A stretch of DNA of 64,000 nucleotides from Crocinitomicaceae bacterium. Its GTDB lineage: Bacteria > Bacteroidota > Bacteroidia > Flavobacteriales_D > Crocinitomicaceae. The position numbers were made by a program, and so were the translations under genes. The stretch spans positions 2,794 through 66,793 of the forward strand of contig JAJTCM010000004.1 of the NCBI GenBank assembly GCA_021325675.1, read 5' to 3'. Below the pieces are notes generated by a model that was given only the letters and a program-made list of their open reading frames with translations, was not told the origin of the DNA and ran no database searches. Below are positions 1 through 9,357 of this stretch, in pieces (position 1 is the stretch's first letter; each line of letters starts with the position of its first letter).

Positions 1-714
1 ATGATCGACCAGTTCATCACTGCCGGAGAGGACAAATGGTCCACGCAAAGCGGTCTGACAATGCTTCTTCCCCACGGTTACGAAGGCCAGGGCGCTGAGC
101 ATTCCAGCGGACGTATGGAACGTTTCCTGCAGCAATGTGCAGATTACAATATCCAGGTGGTTAACACTTCTACGCCGGCAAACCATTTCCATTTGCTGAG
201 ACGCCAGCTCAAGCGCGAATTCCGCAAGCCTTTGGTAGTTTTCTCGCCAAAAATGCTCCTGCGTTACCCGGCGGCGGTTTCCAGCCTGGATGAAATGGCA
301 AAAGGGAACTTCAAAGAAGTGATCGACGACCAGGTAGCTAAGCGCGATGCGATTGATACGGTGGTTTTCTGCTCCGGGAAGTTCTATTATGAAATGAAAG
401 AAAAAGCCGCCGAAATGGGGGTTGAAAATATGGCTTTTGTCCGCGTGGAACAATTGTATCCGCTTCCACAGAAACAAATAGAAGAGGTTATCGCGTCCTA
501 CAAAAATGCCAAAAACATCGTTTGGGCACAGGAGGAGCCTGCGAACATGGGAGCCTGGACGTATATTGCGATGAGCCTGCGCTACATTCCGTTTAAGGGA
601 GTGACGCGCCGTGCTTCAGCAGCAGCAGCCGAAGGGTCCAAAAAACTGCATGAAAAGCGTTTGAAACACCTCTTCGAAGATTTGTTCCAATACGCTAAAG
701 TTAAGGTAAACTAG
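1..714 (+). CDS. sucA: 2-oxoglutarate dehydrogenase E1 component, C-terminal fragment (5' end outside window)
   Basis: ORF open from the window edge. E1o-type C-terminal sequence (GYEGQGAEHSSGRMERFLQ, AQEEPANMGAW). Followed by the E2o gene. Confidence 0.9.
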   Translation: MIDQFITAGEDKWSTQSGLTMLLPHGYEGQGAEHSSGRMERFLQQCADYNIQVVNTSTPANHFHLLRRQLKREFRKPLVVFSPKMLLRYPAAVSSLDEMAKGNFKEVIDDQVAKRDAIDTVVFCSGKFYYEMKEKAAEMGVENMAFVRVEQLYPLPQKQIEEVIASYKNAKNIVWAQEEPANMGAWTYIAMSLRYIPFKGVTRRASAAAAEGSKKLHEKRLKHLFEDLFQYAKVKVN

Positions 715-828
715 TTTTCTCCCTTTTGCTTGCGCTGAAGCTTCAGCAAAGGCGCGGAGGAAGATCAGAAGGGTAACTCAGCGAGAAAGCTCTGTTTGTA
801 AACATAAAACGAATTAAAATAAAACACC

Positions 829-2100
829 ATGTCATTATTAGAAATGAAAGTGCCAAGCCCGGGTGAATCGATTTCAGAAGTGGAGATCGCGAGCTGGCTG
901 GTATCCGATGGAGACTACGTAGAAAAAGACCAGGCGATTGCCGAAGTGGATTCTGACAAAGCAACGCTGGAGCTTCCGGCGGAAGAAAGCGGGATCATTA
1001 CCCTCAAGGCTGCCGAAGGCGATGTAGTGAAAGTAGGCCAGGTTGTTTGCCTGATCGATACTTCTGCGGCGAAACCTGCCGGGACGCCTGCTGCTAAAGC
1101 TGCTGAGCCGGTACAGGAAAAAGTGGCGGAAGAAGTGAAAGCAGCCCCGGTTGCTGAAAAGTCCGCTCCGAACCCGTCACCGGTAAATGAGAAAGCGTCT
1201 TACGCCAATGGAACGCCATCTGTAGCTGCGGCTAAAATCATTGCTGAAAATGACATCAATCCGGCGAAAGTAAAAGCGAGCGGAAAAGACGGACGCATCA
1301 CCAAACAGGATGTGCTTGCGGCGATGTCTGCAGGTATTTCTGCCGATGCTGTACAAGGTTGGGGTGGAACACGTGAGCAGACCCGCGAAAAAATGTCTAT
1401 GCTGCGCCGTAAGATCGCCGAGCGTTTGGTTTCCGTGAAAAACGAAACAGCGATGCTGACGACTTTCAACGAGGTAGATATGAAACCGATCATGGACCTG
1501 CGCGCGAAATACAAAGACAACTTTGCTAAGTTCCACGAGATTAATTTAGGCTTCATGTCTTTCTTTACCAAAGCGGTGACTGAGGCCCTGAACCTTTTCC
1601 CGGCGGTAAATGCACAAATTGACGGCAATGAGACGATTTTCCACAACTATGCGGATATCGGGATCGCTGTTTCCTCTCCGAAAGGACTGATGGTGCCTGT
1701 TGTCCGCAATGCTGAGCAAATGACGCTGGCTGAGATCGAAAAAGAAATCAAGCGTTTAGCTATCAAAGCACGCGATGGAAAAATCACACCGGACGACATG
1801 ACCGGCGGAACGTTTACAATCACTAACGGAGGTGTTTTCGGATCGATGTTATCTACGCCGATCATTAACCCGCCACAATCAGCTATCCTGGGAATGCACA
1901 ATATCGTTGAGCGCCCGGTAGCAATCAATGGCAAGGTGGAAATCCGCCCGATTATGTATGTAGCGCTTTCCTACGATCACCGGATCATTGACGGTAAGGA
2001 ATCCGTTGGATTTTTGGTAAAAGTGAAAGAAATGCTCGAAAACCCGGAAAGAATGATCTTCGGAGGAAAAGATCCGATCCAGGTGTTACTCGGATTATAA
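829..2100 (+). CDS. sucB: 2-oxoglutarate dehydrogenase E2, dihydrolipoyllysine-residue succinyltransferase
   Basis: Lipoyl domain ([12 protein letters not shown]), Ala/Pro linker, E3-binding segment and catalytic SYDHRIIDG motif. ATG at 829. Confidence 0.93.
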   Translation: MSLLEMKVPSPGESISEVEIASWLVSDGDYVEKDQAIAEVDSDKATLELPAEESGIITLKAAEGDVVKVGQVVCLIDTSAAKPAGTPAAKAAEPVQEKVAEEVKAAPVAEKSAPNPSPVNEKASYANGTPSVAAAKIIAENDINPAKVKASGKDGRITKQDVLAAMSAGISADAVQGWGGTREQTREKMSMLRRKIAERLVSVKNETAMLTTFNEVDMKPIMDLRAKYKDNFAKFHEINLGFMSFFTKAVTEALNLFPAVNAQIDGNETIFHNYADIGIAVSSPKGLMVPVVRNAEQMTLAEIEKEIKRLAIKARDGKITPDDMTGGTFTITNGGVFGSMLSTPIINPPQSAILGMHNIVERPVAINGKVEIRPIMYVALSYDHRIIDGKESVGFLVKVKEMLENPERMIFGGKDPIQVLLGL

Positions 2101-2120
2101 AATTCTTCAATTCAGATATA

Positions 2121-2152
2121 AAGCCGCACGTCAAAAGATGTGCGGCTTTTTT
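2121..2152 (+). terminator. rho-independent terminator after sucB
   Basis: 9-bp stem AAGCCGCAC / GTGCGGCTT (2121-2129 / 2140-2148) followed by a T run. Confidence 0.85.
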
Positions 2153-2289
2153 ATAACTCATTATTCCAGATACCGTAGGTATCAAAATATGCGTGACACT
2201 AAACCCGAAAGAAAGAACTTGTTTTGGCGTGTGTTTTTGGTAAAAACCATGCCAAAACGCTTTTTATGAGCGATCTGCGTTTGCAGGAA

Positions 2290-2715
2290 TCATTCCTTCG
2301 GAAAATTAGTAGCCGGGGTGATGGATTTCATACCTTCCCGACAAGGACTGTTTTCCTCGTAACGGATCCATTTGGCGCCCTCAAGCAATTCTTTCGTTTC
2401 CGTGATAAACGCTTCCTGCTGCTTCGCCTTCAATTCATCAAGCTTAAAGCAGTAATCGATTTCGCCCTCCTTGCCCCAGCGTGTTCTCTGGATTGCAAGC
2501 TTCACCTTATTTTTCGTCTCGAATTGCGGTATAAACGCATCAAAGCGCTTGATTGCTTCGTGGTTCGTTCCCGATCCAATGCTGTGGAATGAAACAATAA
2601 AGCGCATATTTCCATCGGCCTGCTCAGACGCAACGGGCTGATCTCCCTGCATTTTTTTGGAGTTATGGCAAGCTGCCAGCGGGAGAATAAGAAGAATAAA
2701 TAAATACTTTTTCAT
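2290..2715 (-). CDS. hypothetical lipoprotein
   Basis: Signal peptide plus lipobox (ILPLAAC). ATG at 2715 preferred over the TTG at 2724 used by the ORF track. 12 nt downstream of the M43 protease gene. No family recognised. Confidence 0.6.
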   Translation of the reverse strand: MKKYLFILLILPLAACHNSKKMQGDQPVASEQADGNMRFIVSFHSIGSGTNHEAIKRFDAFIPQFETKNKVKLAIQRTRWGKEGEIDYCFKLDELKAKQQEAFITETKELLEGAKWIRYEENSPCREGMKSITPATNFPKE

Positions 2716-2727
2716 GTTTTGCAAGGA

Positions 2728-3975
2728 TTAACGGGTAACAAACACTTTCCTGGTTACACTATTCATGCCATTTGTAAACGTCAGCAGGTAGCTTCCCACC
2801 GGTAAATTGCGGACATCAAGCTCAAACGGAAAATGCTGGATTTCACGGCTTGACATAATTTCTTCCCCGAGAATATTGCTGAGCATAACTTGAACATTAT
2901 TCTCCAGTGGCGAATCGATTTGGATCACATCGGACGCAGGGTTCGGGTAAATTTCAAAGCTGCCCGCAAAAAGCTCGTCCAGGCTGGCTGATTCGCAGGC
3001 TGTGGAAGTCAGGAGACCCGATCTTGCTGCGTTCAGGGCGGCACGCATTCGTTGCGTTTGACCCAAAGTAAACATCATCATGCAGCCATCGTCTACATAA
3101 TCCATGTAATTCATATACATTTCACCGGCCGGGCCTGAGCCACAGGAGCTGTTTTCATTAAATGGGAAATTAGGACAGCCGTAGTTTGCTTCAAAAGCCA
3201 CTTCTGTATCATTCACAAGGTCGTTTCCGCAGTCAGCATCACCCCAGATATGGTAAAGGTTGAGCCAGTGACCAACTTCATGTGTAGCCGTACGGCCCAG
3301 ATTGTTTGGAGAAACAGCCGATCCCATAGTGCCGAAAGCGCTGTAATTGATAACAACACCGTCATACTCCGGCCAGTCGTTCAGATCGGAAGGAAACGTG
3401 GCATAACCAAGCAGACCGGCTGCGTCCAGGTCGCACACCCACATATTGAGGTAGCGTATCGGGTCCCAGCCGTCATGTCCACCCATAGTAGTGAATTTCT
3501 CTTCACCATTTCCATCAAAGGAGGTCATGCTCGTGAAAGTACGTGTAATCCCTGTAGTTGCGTTTCCGTCCGGGTCAGTTGAAGCCAGGCAAAATTCAAT
3601 CTGCGCATCCGCCGTTACCGGCCAAAAAATATGGTCATCCATCAAAGAATCGCTGTTTAGCAGCCTGAAATCTTCATTTAAGCTCGCGATCTGTGAATTG
3701 ATTTGTGCTGTAGAAACGTTTTCCGTATTGTTATTATAAACAACGTGCACTACAACCGGGATGGTAATTACGTTCCGCGTTTTCTTTTCCGAACCCTCTG
3801 CGCTGATCATGTTCTGGATCGTATTTTCGAGCAGTTGCTTGCGGATAAGCGTGCCGGGATCCTGCATCACACGTTCTTCATATACACGCATGGTCGCACA
3901 TTTTTCAGCTTGCGCATTCAATTGGAAACAGGCTGTCAACGCCAGGATAAAAGAAACATGTAGCTTTAGTTTCAT
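2728..3975 (-). CDS. secreted zinc metalloprotease, M43 (pappalysin/cytophagalysin-like) with T9SS C-terminal sorting domain
   Basis: HEVGHWLNLYHIWGD zinc motif, N-terminal signal peptide and C-terminal YPNPASD...KVFVTR T9SS-type domain. Confidence 0.8.
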   Translation of the reverse strand: MKLKLHVSFILALTACFQLNAQAEKCATMRVYEERVMQDPGTLIRKQLLENTIQNMISAEGSEKKTRNVITIPVVVHVVYNNNTENVSTAQINSQIASLNEDFRLLNSDSLMDDHIFWPVTADAQIEFCLASTDPDGNATTGITRTFTSMTSFDGNGEEKFTTMGGHDGWDPIRYLNMWVCDLDAAGLLGYATFPSDLNDWPEYDGVVINYSAFGTMGSAVSPNNLGRTATHEVGHWLNLYHIWGDADCGNDLVNDTEVAFEANYGCPNFPFNENSSCGSGPAGEMYMNYMDYVDDGCMMMFTLGQTQRMRAALNAARSGLLTSTACESASLDELFAGSFEIYPNPASDVIQIDSPLENNVQVMLSNILGEEIMSSREIQHFPFELDVRNLPVGSYLLTFTNGMNSVTRKVFVTR

Positions 3976-4074
3976 AGTGTTTATTTAAAGTTTACCTACT
4001 CGCAGGCTTTTCGGATTCCGCCAGGTCAGTTAGAAAGTTGGTGGCAATAAATATACTAACTTTTTTTATTGCGT

Positions 4075-4104
4075 TATGAATGATGAATGTTAAGTGTTGA
4101 ATTT
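4075..4104. repeat. family-2 C-free heptad repeat
   Basis: TATGAA TGATGAA TGTTAAG TGTTGAA in the spacer between the OmpA and M43 genes. Confidence 0.75.
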
Positions 4105-4151
4105 CGCGCCTTTGGAGTGATCGAGGCACGATATAACTTCTGGCTCAAAAA

Positions 4152-4961
4152 TTACTCACTTAAAAAAGTCACTTCCACCCGGCGGTTGACCTGCTCGGTG
4201 GCGGCATCGATCTCCTCGACCAGAGGTTTGGTATTGCCGTGTCCCTCCACGGAAATCCGTTTAGCATCGATTTTACGCTGGGTCAGGTAACGCATAACTT
4301 CCACCGCCCTGTTCCTTGAAAGGATATAATCATTGTGATCACAGCAAACGTGCCCGTCCAACTTAATCTTAAGCTGCGGGTTATCAGTCATGTATTGAAC
4401 GAGCAGGTCGAGGTCGTCCCGTGAATCATAGGTCAGGTTCGTTGTATTCACCTGGAACAGGATATTCAGCCGGACCGGCCTGTTGCGCTGGTCAAATTCG
4501 CGGATCCGTTTTTGTGCAGGAGTAAGCGTGTCGGCTTTGCTGAGGGAAATAGTTGTTTTATTTTCAACTGGGGCGCTGATTTTAGTGCTTTTGACAAACA
4601 GGATCACTTTTCGGTAATGCTGCAGCTTACTGCTTTGGGAAAGCTTTTCACCGAAGGGCAGCTCCCTGATTTGTTTGGGTGATGTACCGGTCAGCAAAGT
4701 TTTGACATAATTAATGCGTTTCTGAGAAAGCCTGATATTTGCATCACTGTTCCCGACAGAATCGGCAAAGCCTTTCAGCTCGAAGGTACATTGCGTGCAT
4801 TTTTCAAACTTACGGTAAAATTTGTTGAATGCAACAAGTGAATCTGCTTTAAGCTTTGCTTCCCCGGATTTGAAAAAAAACACGTATACGCTGTCCTTTT
4901 TGCTTTGTGAGAAAGCTATGTGAGAAAAAAGGATAAGAAGTACAAGTAAAATGTGTTTCAT
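4152..4961 (-). CDS. OmpA-family protein
   Basis: Signal peptide and OmpA_C-like segments (GFADSVGNSDANIRLSQKR; SRNRAVEVMRYL...RISVEGHGNTKP). Confidence 0.8.
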   Translation of the reverse strand: MKHILLVLLILFSHIAFSQSKKDSVYVFFFKSGEAKLKADSLVAFNKFYRKFEKCTQCTFELKGFADSVGNSDANIRLSQKRINYVKTLLTGTSPKQIRELPFGEKLSQSSKLQHYRKVILFVKSTKISAPVENKTTISLSKADTLTPAQKRIREFDQRNRPVRLNILFQVNTTNLTYDSRDDLDLLVQYMTDNPQLKIKLDGHVCCDHNDYILSRNRAVEVMRYLTQRKIDAKRISVEGHGNTKPLVEEIDAATEQVNRRVEVTFLSE

Positions 4962-4996
4962 CAGACTTATAACGGAATAGCACGCAAAAGATACAC

Positions 4997-7900
4997 TTAA
5001 TCCAGGATTAGTTTAAAAATTTCCGTTTTTCCATTTACATCAACCTCGATAAAGTACACTCCCTTGCTGAAGGAGGAAAGGTCTAATTTTGTTTCAATGC
5101 CCGAAAGTTTTTGTTTTTCAAGCAATTTTTGTCCCGATAAGTTACGTAGACGATAGGAGAACTCATTGGGGGAATCAAACAATAAAGTGACTTCCTCCTT
5201 CGCTGGGTTAGGGAACAAACGAATAATTTCCGAAGATGTTTCCAATTCCGTTAATGAAATAAACTGGCTGATAAAATAGGAAACCTGGTGCTGTGTTTCA
5301 TTGGTAATAATCGGATCATTGAAATCGAAATAAATATCTGCTTCATTACGCAGAACGGTCCCTTCAGGCAAATTGGGGTTTTGCTGAACAGTATAGGTCA
5401 GGAAACCGTGGCTTGCAGGCTCATTGGTTGTGCTGTCCGGTAAGAGGATATTCCAAAAAGTCCATTCCAATACCCGCGGGCCATACATTCTGAAGGTATA
5501 CGGGGTACTTGCTGCACCGGGCCTTAGGGTAAAAATATTGAAATTCTCGTCCAGCGTATCCCTCACAACAACGGTGAAAGCGGTGTCTGTTCCCGTGTTT
5601 TGAAAGCGGACGATGTAGTCAATCTGCTGATTGGCTGGAATGAGCTTGTTCTCCGTTACACCAAGCGGAAAGCCACGTTTGTCATTGGGATCATAGCTTC
5701 CGGTAACCGGGCCGCAATAAATTGCTTTGTAATCATCAGCATCATCTTCCGGGAAGATACTGATCAGCCCGGGAGTCCAGTTATCCGGTGTTTGTGAACC
5801 ACAAGCTTCAAGACTGGCACTTGGCAGGGAATTGCCCGGGTGCAGCGGATGCTGATTTGCTTCTACGCGCCAGGTCCTTCCGTCAGCGGCAAATACGTAA
5901 AATTTGCTTTCGTTTTGCAACAGCTTGACAGAGTCTTTTTCAACCAATACGCTGTCAAGGTATCTCCTGACAGGTGCAAAGCAATCCATAGCGCCCGTTC
6001 CTGTATTTTTGATCTCGAAGCGGATAGAATCGCCGTCACAGCTTGAAAAAACACTTAAGCTGGAATGGTCCCAGGCACTGGTGCAAGGCTGAACGTCCGC
6101 CGGAAAAGGGTTTGGGACGGTGTCCAGAGCACACGTGTAAATTGGTTTTAAAACGGATTCGACACACAGGGTTTGGCTGGGAAGCGCGTTGCAGCTCACT
6201 TGTACCTGGATGGTGAAATTGGTACATTCTCCCGGTAATAAAGCGCTATGCTGAAAACGATACTTGTTGTTTCCCAGGTTGATCGCCGGTATCGACGAGC
6301 TTTGGAAAATAAAGTTTTCATCCAGCTGTACTTCCGACCAGGGAGCGTTGGAGTATGCTGTAGCGTAATAACTGTTGCAGGCTTGTATATAGATGACCTG
6401 GTTTTCAAAGCATCGCCTGATAATAGGCATGACAACGGAAGATATCGGTAACATGCACGAATTGAGGGATTGTGCACCAAAATCCGGTGCCTGGATGAGG
6501 GAATCCGGGTTTACAACGGAAAATGAATGTGATGCAGAACAAAGTGACCCCAGGTTTAAATTCAGGGTATCAATTGTTGCCGTGTAATCTCCCAAAGGAA
6601 GCTGATCGACGTGCCATCTGCCGTGATAATTGCTTTCAGCTACAATGTTTCCGGGATTAATAACGATACGGGCGTGAGGTAATCCATGTTCTTCCGCATT
6701 GCGTATACAATTGGTGTCCATATCCCGGAAAACATTACCGTAAACGCCCCGTTCTTTCAACCTTAAAAAGAAAACATCCATCGATCCGTCGTTTGAAACC
6801 AGCTGAACCTGCTGCTGTCCCTGCAAATAAGCGTAAGTACCTTGGAGATGCCCAATGCCGAGAATACTGTTGTTGCTATAATGAATGCGTGTTAACTGCT
6901 CGAAAGTCAAGGTGTCCCCGCTGATTTCTTTTGCCCAGAAAAAGTCTCCGCTGGCTCCCAACTTCATAATGTATGCATCACCTAATGGTTCGCCGCTTAA
7001 CATAAAGCTTGAGCTGGAATCACTGTCAAAATCAGTCAGGCCGTAAAATGTGCTGCTTACGTAGATGTTATTTTGTGGATCGACTGTTAAGGATTTCCCC
7101 TCCTGGATTCCTGCCGGCCAGGCTTTTGCCCATCTAAACTCTACATTTGGGCTGTATTTGGAAACAAAGGCAGACCCCGAGAGATTGCACACTCCCGGAC
7201 CCGGGTCGAAATCGCTGGTTCCGACCGGAAAACCCGTCAGGATAATATCCCTGTTGTGGTCGATTTGCATGGCAGTAACACCACACATACCAACCCGGCT
7301 TGTGCTGAAGTGGTTACCGTCTGGGCCATATTTGATGATATAACCCCCGTCACCGTCATACCCTGCTACTAAAACAGTATCATTCTGAGTAGCCATAACA
7401 GTGTTTGGGCTCCAATATGTTGGGTAATCATGATCAGCGCTCCAAAGGTAATTCCCATTAACGTCCAGCTTAACAATGAAATAGCTCTGAGTAACAGGAT
7501 TGTCCGTTAAATGCTGGCCTGGCCCCGGGTCAAGGTCAATTCTCCTTCCGTAATTACCCGTCAGTAAAATTGAATTTTGTGAGTCGGTAGCAATACTTCT
7601 GGCATCCGATGGGTCTAACCCAAAGGTTAAAGGAAAGTTCCTGACAAAAATAAAGTTTCCTTCGTTATCCAGTTTTAATATGAAAAGGGACATGCCTGAA
7701 ATGAAAGAACTGTCGGGTCCCGGATCAAAATCAACATTGTATAAATGATAAAGCTGTCCTGTCAGAAGGATGTTGTCATCGGAATCAACCGTAATTGATG
7801 ATGACCTTTCCTGGTAAGCTCCGCCCACTCGTTTAGCCCAAACCAGGAGACCTGCAGCATTATGCTTGGTAATGAAAATATCTTCATTCCCCATGGAATA

Positions 7901-8107
7901 GAGCTCGTTTCCGTTAATTTGACCGTCAAAGTCAATGGTATCTTTGAAATATCCTGTGGAAAAAATGTTTCCTTCTGAATCTGTTGCAAGAGCCGTACCC
8001 CCATCAGTATTGGATCCGCCATGCAAAGAAAGGTCTGAAAGCGTGACCTGGCCGAAGTTAAATTGCGAAACAAAAAATAGGAGAGAAAATAAGAAAAACT
8101 TTTTCAT
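4997..8107 (-). CDS. large T9SS-sorted surface protein (SBBP-type beta-propeller repeats, DUF11-like region)
   Basis: Repeated D.DG/FDPGPG propeller-like motifs, a YDPNDK motif and a C-terminal FPNPAKEEV...KLILD sorting domain. Start moved to MKKFFLF (8107) because a -7 box lies at 8128-8135. Confidence 0.75.
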   Translation of the reverse strand: MKKFFLFSLLFFVSQFNFGQVTLSDLSLHGGSNTDGGTALATDSEGNIFSTGYFKDTIDFDGQINGNELYSMGNEDIFITKHNAAGLLVWAKRVGGAYQERSSSITVDSDDNILLTGQLYHLYNVDFDPGPDSSFISGMSLFILKLDNEGNFIFVRNFPLTFGLDPSDARSIATDSQNSILLTGNYGRRIDLDPGPGQHLTDNPVTQSYFIVKLDVNGNYLWSADHDYPTYWSPNTVMATQNDTVLVAGYDGDGGYIIKYGPDGNHFSTSRVGMCGVTAMQIDHNRDIILTGFPVGTSDFDPGPGVCNLSGSAFVSKYSPNVEFRWAKAWPAGIQEGKSLTVDPQNNIYVSSTFYGLTDFDSDSSSSFMLSGEPLGDAYIMKLGASGDFFWAKEISGDTLTFEQLTRIHYSNNSILGIGHLQGTYAYLQGQQQVQLVSNDGSMDVFFLRLKERGVYGNVFRDMDTNCIRNAEEHGLPHARIVINPGNIVAESNYHGRWHVDQLPLGDYTATIDTLNLNLGSLCSASHSFSVVNPDSLIQAPDFGAQSLNSCMLPISSVVMPIIRRCFENQVIYIQACNSYYATAYSNAPWSEVQLDENFIFQSSSIPAINLGNNKYRFQHSALLPGECTNFTIQVQVSCNALPSQTLCVESVLKPIYTCALDTVPNPFPADVQPCTSAWDHSSLSVFSSCDGDSIRFEIKNTGTGAMDCFAPVRRYLDSVLVEKDSVKLLQNESKFYVFAADGRTWRVEANQHPLHPGNSLPSASLEACGSQTPDNWTPGLISIFPEDDADDYKAIYCGPVTGSYDPNDKRGFPLGVTENKLIPANQQIDYIVRFQNTGTDTAFTVVVRDTLDENFNIFTLRPGAASTPYTFRMYGPRVLEWTFWNILLPDSTTNEPASHGFLTYTVQQNPNLPEGTVLRNEADIYFDFNDPIITNETQHQVSYFISQFISLTELETSSEIIRLFPNPAKEEVTLLFDSPNEFSYRLRNLSGQKLLEKQKLSGIETKLDLSSFSKGVYFIEVDVNGKTEIFKLILD

Positions 8108-8127
8108 AATTGTGGTAAAAAGATACC

Positions 8128-8135
8128 CAAATGTA
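8128..8135 (-). promoter_or_regulatory. Bacteroidota-type -7 promoter box TACATTTG (TAnnTTTG)
   Basis: 20 nt upstream of the ATG at 8107 and correctly oriented. Confidence 0.5.
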
Positions 8136-8158
8136 AATAAAAATTTAATCCGGTACAA

Positions 8159-9322
8159 TTATTTCTTCCCCAGCCAGCGCGGCAGAACGAGCGTACCGAT
8201 CACAAGGTAAGGGAAATACGAAATCAGGCGCCAGAGGATTGCCAGGGCTGTCAGCAGGAAAACAGAAGCGGAAAAATCGGCCATGAGCTCACCGAAAGCG
8301 TATTCCGCTACACCGCTGCCGCCTGGAGTTGGACTGATCCGCATGAAAAGCCACAGCACAAATTGTTTGCCCAGGATGAAGAAATGATCGTAAACACGAA
8401 GTGAAACGAAGCCGGCCAGGATGGCGTTGATGACTAAAAAACGCGAGGTCCAGGAGAAAATAGTGGCGAGAAAAGCTTTCGCCCAGAAACCCCAGGGTTC
8501 ATCCCGGAATTCCTTGGAGGTCAGTTCCACTTCCGTTCCTGTCCGGATCGCGCCGTCGCGCCATTTGTTAAGCACCGGCAAGCGGAAAAGCAAGCCCAGG
8601 AAACGCCGGATCAACTGCGGATAGAAGAAAATGCTGAGGAAAAGTAACAGGCAGATGCAAAAGAAAATGATGTAGGCCGTCCAGAAAACAAAGGCCACGC
8701 TTTTATCCAGTGTCGTTTCAGTAGGGAAAAGTACGGAAGGAGCCACGAAAAGAAACACGAGCGGGATCATCACGATGTAAAACAGGTTATCCATCATGGC
8801 GGTGACGATGACAATGGCTGTGGATTTCCCCAGGGGGATTTTTTCGCGGTTGAGGATGAACATCGCTACGGTTGCCCCGCTGGCTACGCCAGGCGCAAGC
8901 GCAGAAGCAAATTCCCAGAGCATGATGACATAAAAAGAGGATTTCCAGCTGAGCTCATTTTTCGTCAGAATTTTGATGCGCCACATATAAGCAAGATCGC
9001 GGCCAACCATAAACAAAACGGCGAGTAAAAGGCAGAAAAGGGCCTGCCAGCTCCAGGGGATTTCACCGATAAATTCTGTGGCGGTCTTGGGCCGAAACGT
9101 TCCGCCGGGATCCGGGGTAAATTCTTCGGGAAGAGTAAAATCGACGGTTTTGTTGTGGTTGATGTCCTTCCAGCGATGCGTTCCCGTGCCGTCTGAAACC
9201 TGGATAAAGTGCACCTCGTTCAGGCTGTTGTACAGCATAAAAGCGGCAAAACCCAGGCCCAGAATTAATGCGAGCCAGATTTTCCAGGCTTTAAAGGCAG
9301 AAGGAATGTTAGGTCCTGACAT
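8159..9322 (-). CDS. flippase-like membrane protein (lysylphosphatidylglycerol-synthase TM-region family)
   Basis: Multi-pass membrane protein with a family-typical C-terminus (PGGSGVAEYAF). ATG at 9322 preferred over the TTG at 9349. Confidence 0.7.
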   Translation of the reverse strand: MSGPNIPSAFKAWKIWLALILGLGFAAFMLYNSLNEVHFIQVSDGTGTHRWKDINHNKTVDFTLPEEFTPDPGGTFRPKTATEFIGEIPWSWQALFCLLLAVLFMVGRDLAYMWRIKILTKNELSWKSSFYVIMLWEFASALAPGVASGATVAMFILNREKIPLGKSTAIVIVTAMMDNLFYIVMIPLVFLFVAPSVLFPTETTLDKSVAFVFWTAYIIFFCICLLLFLSIFFYPQLIRRFLGLLFRLPVLNKWRDGAIRTGTEVELTSKEFRDEPWGFWAKAFLATIFSWTSRFLVINAILAGFVSLRVYDHFFILGKQFVLWLFMRISPTPGGSGVAEYAFGELMADFSASVFLLTALAILWRLISYFPYLVIGTLVLPRWLGKK

Positions 9323-9357
9323 CTTGATTTTTAGCCTAAAGATAAACAATTTTCGGA

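Noticed and set aside
743-964. 73-aa minus-strand ORF spanning the sucA-sucB spacer and the sucB start.
   Set aside because: It overlaps the well-supported sucB lipoyl-domain coding sequence and its translation has no recognisable features.
2221-2265. Hairpin GTTTTGGC / GCCAAAAC followed by GCTTTTT, considered as a terminator.
   Set aside because: The T run is on the plus strand, but sucB already has a strong terminator at 2121-2152. On the minus strand, downstream of the lipoprotein gene, no T run follows. The function is ambiguous, so I did not call it.
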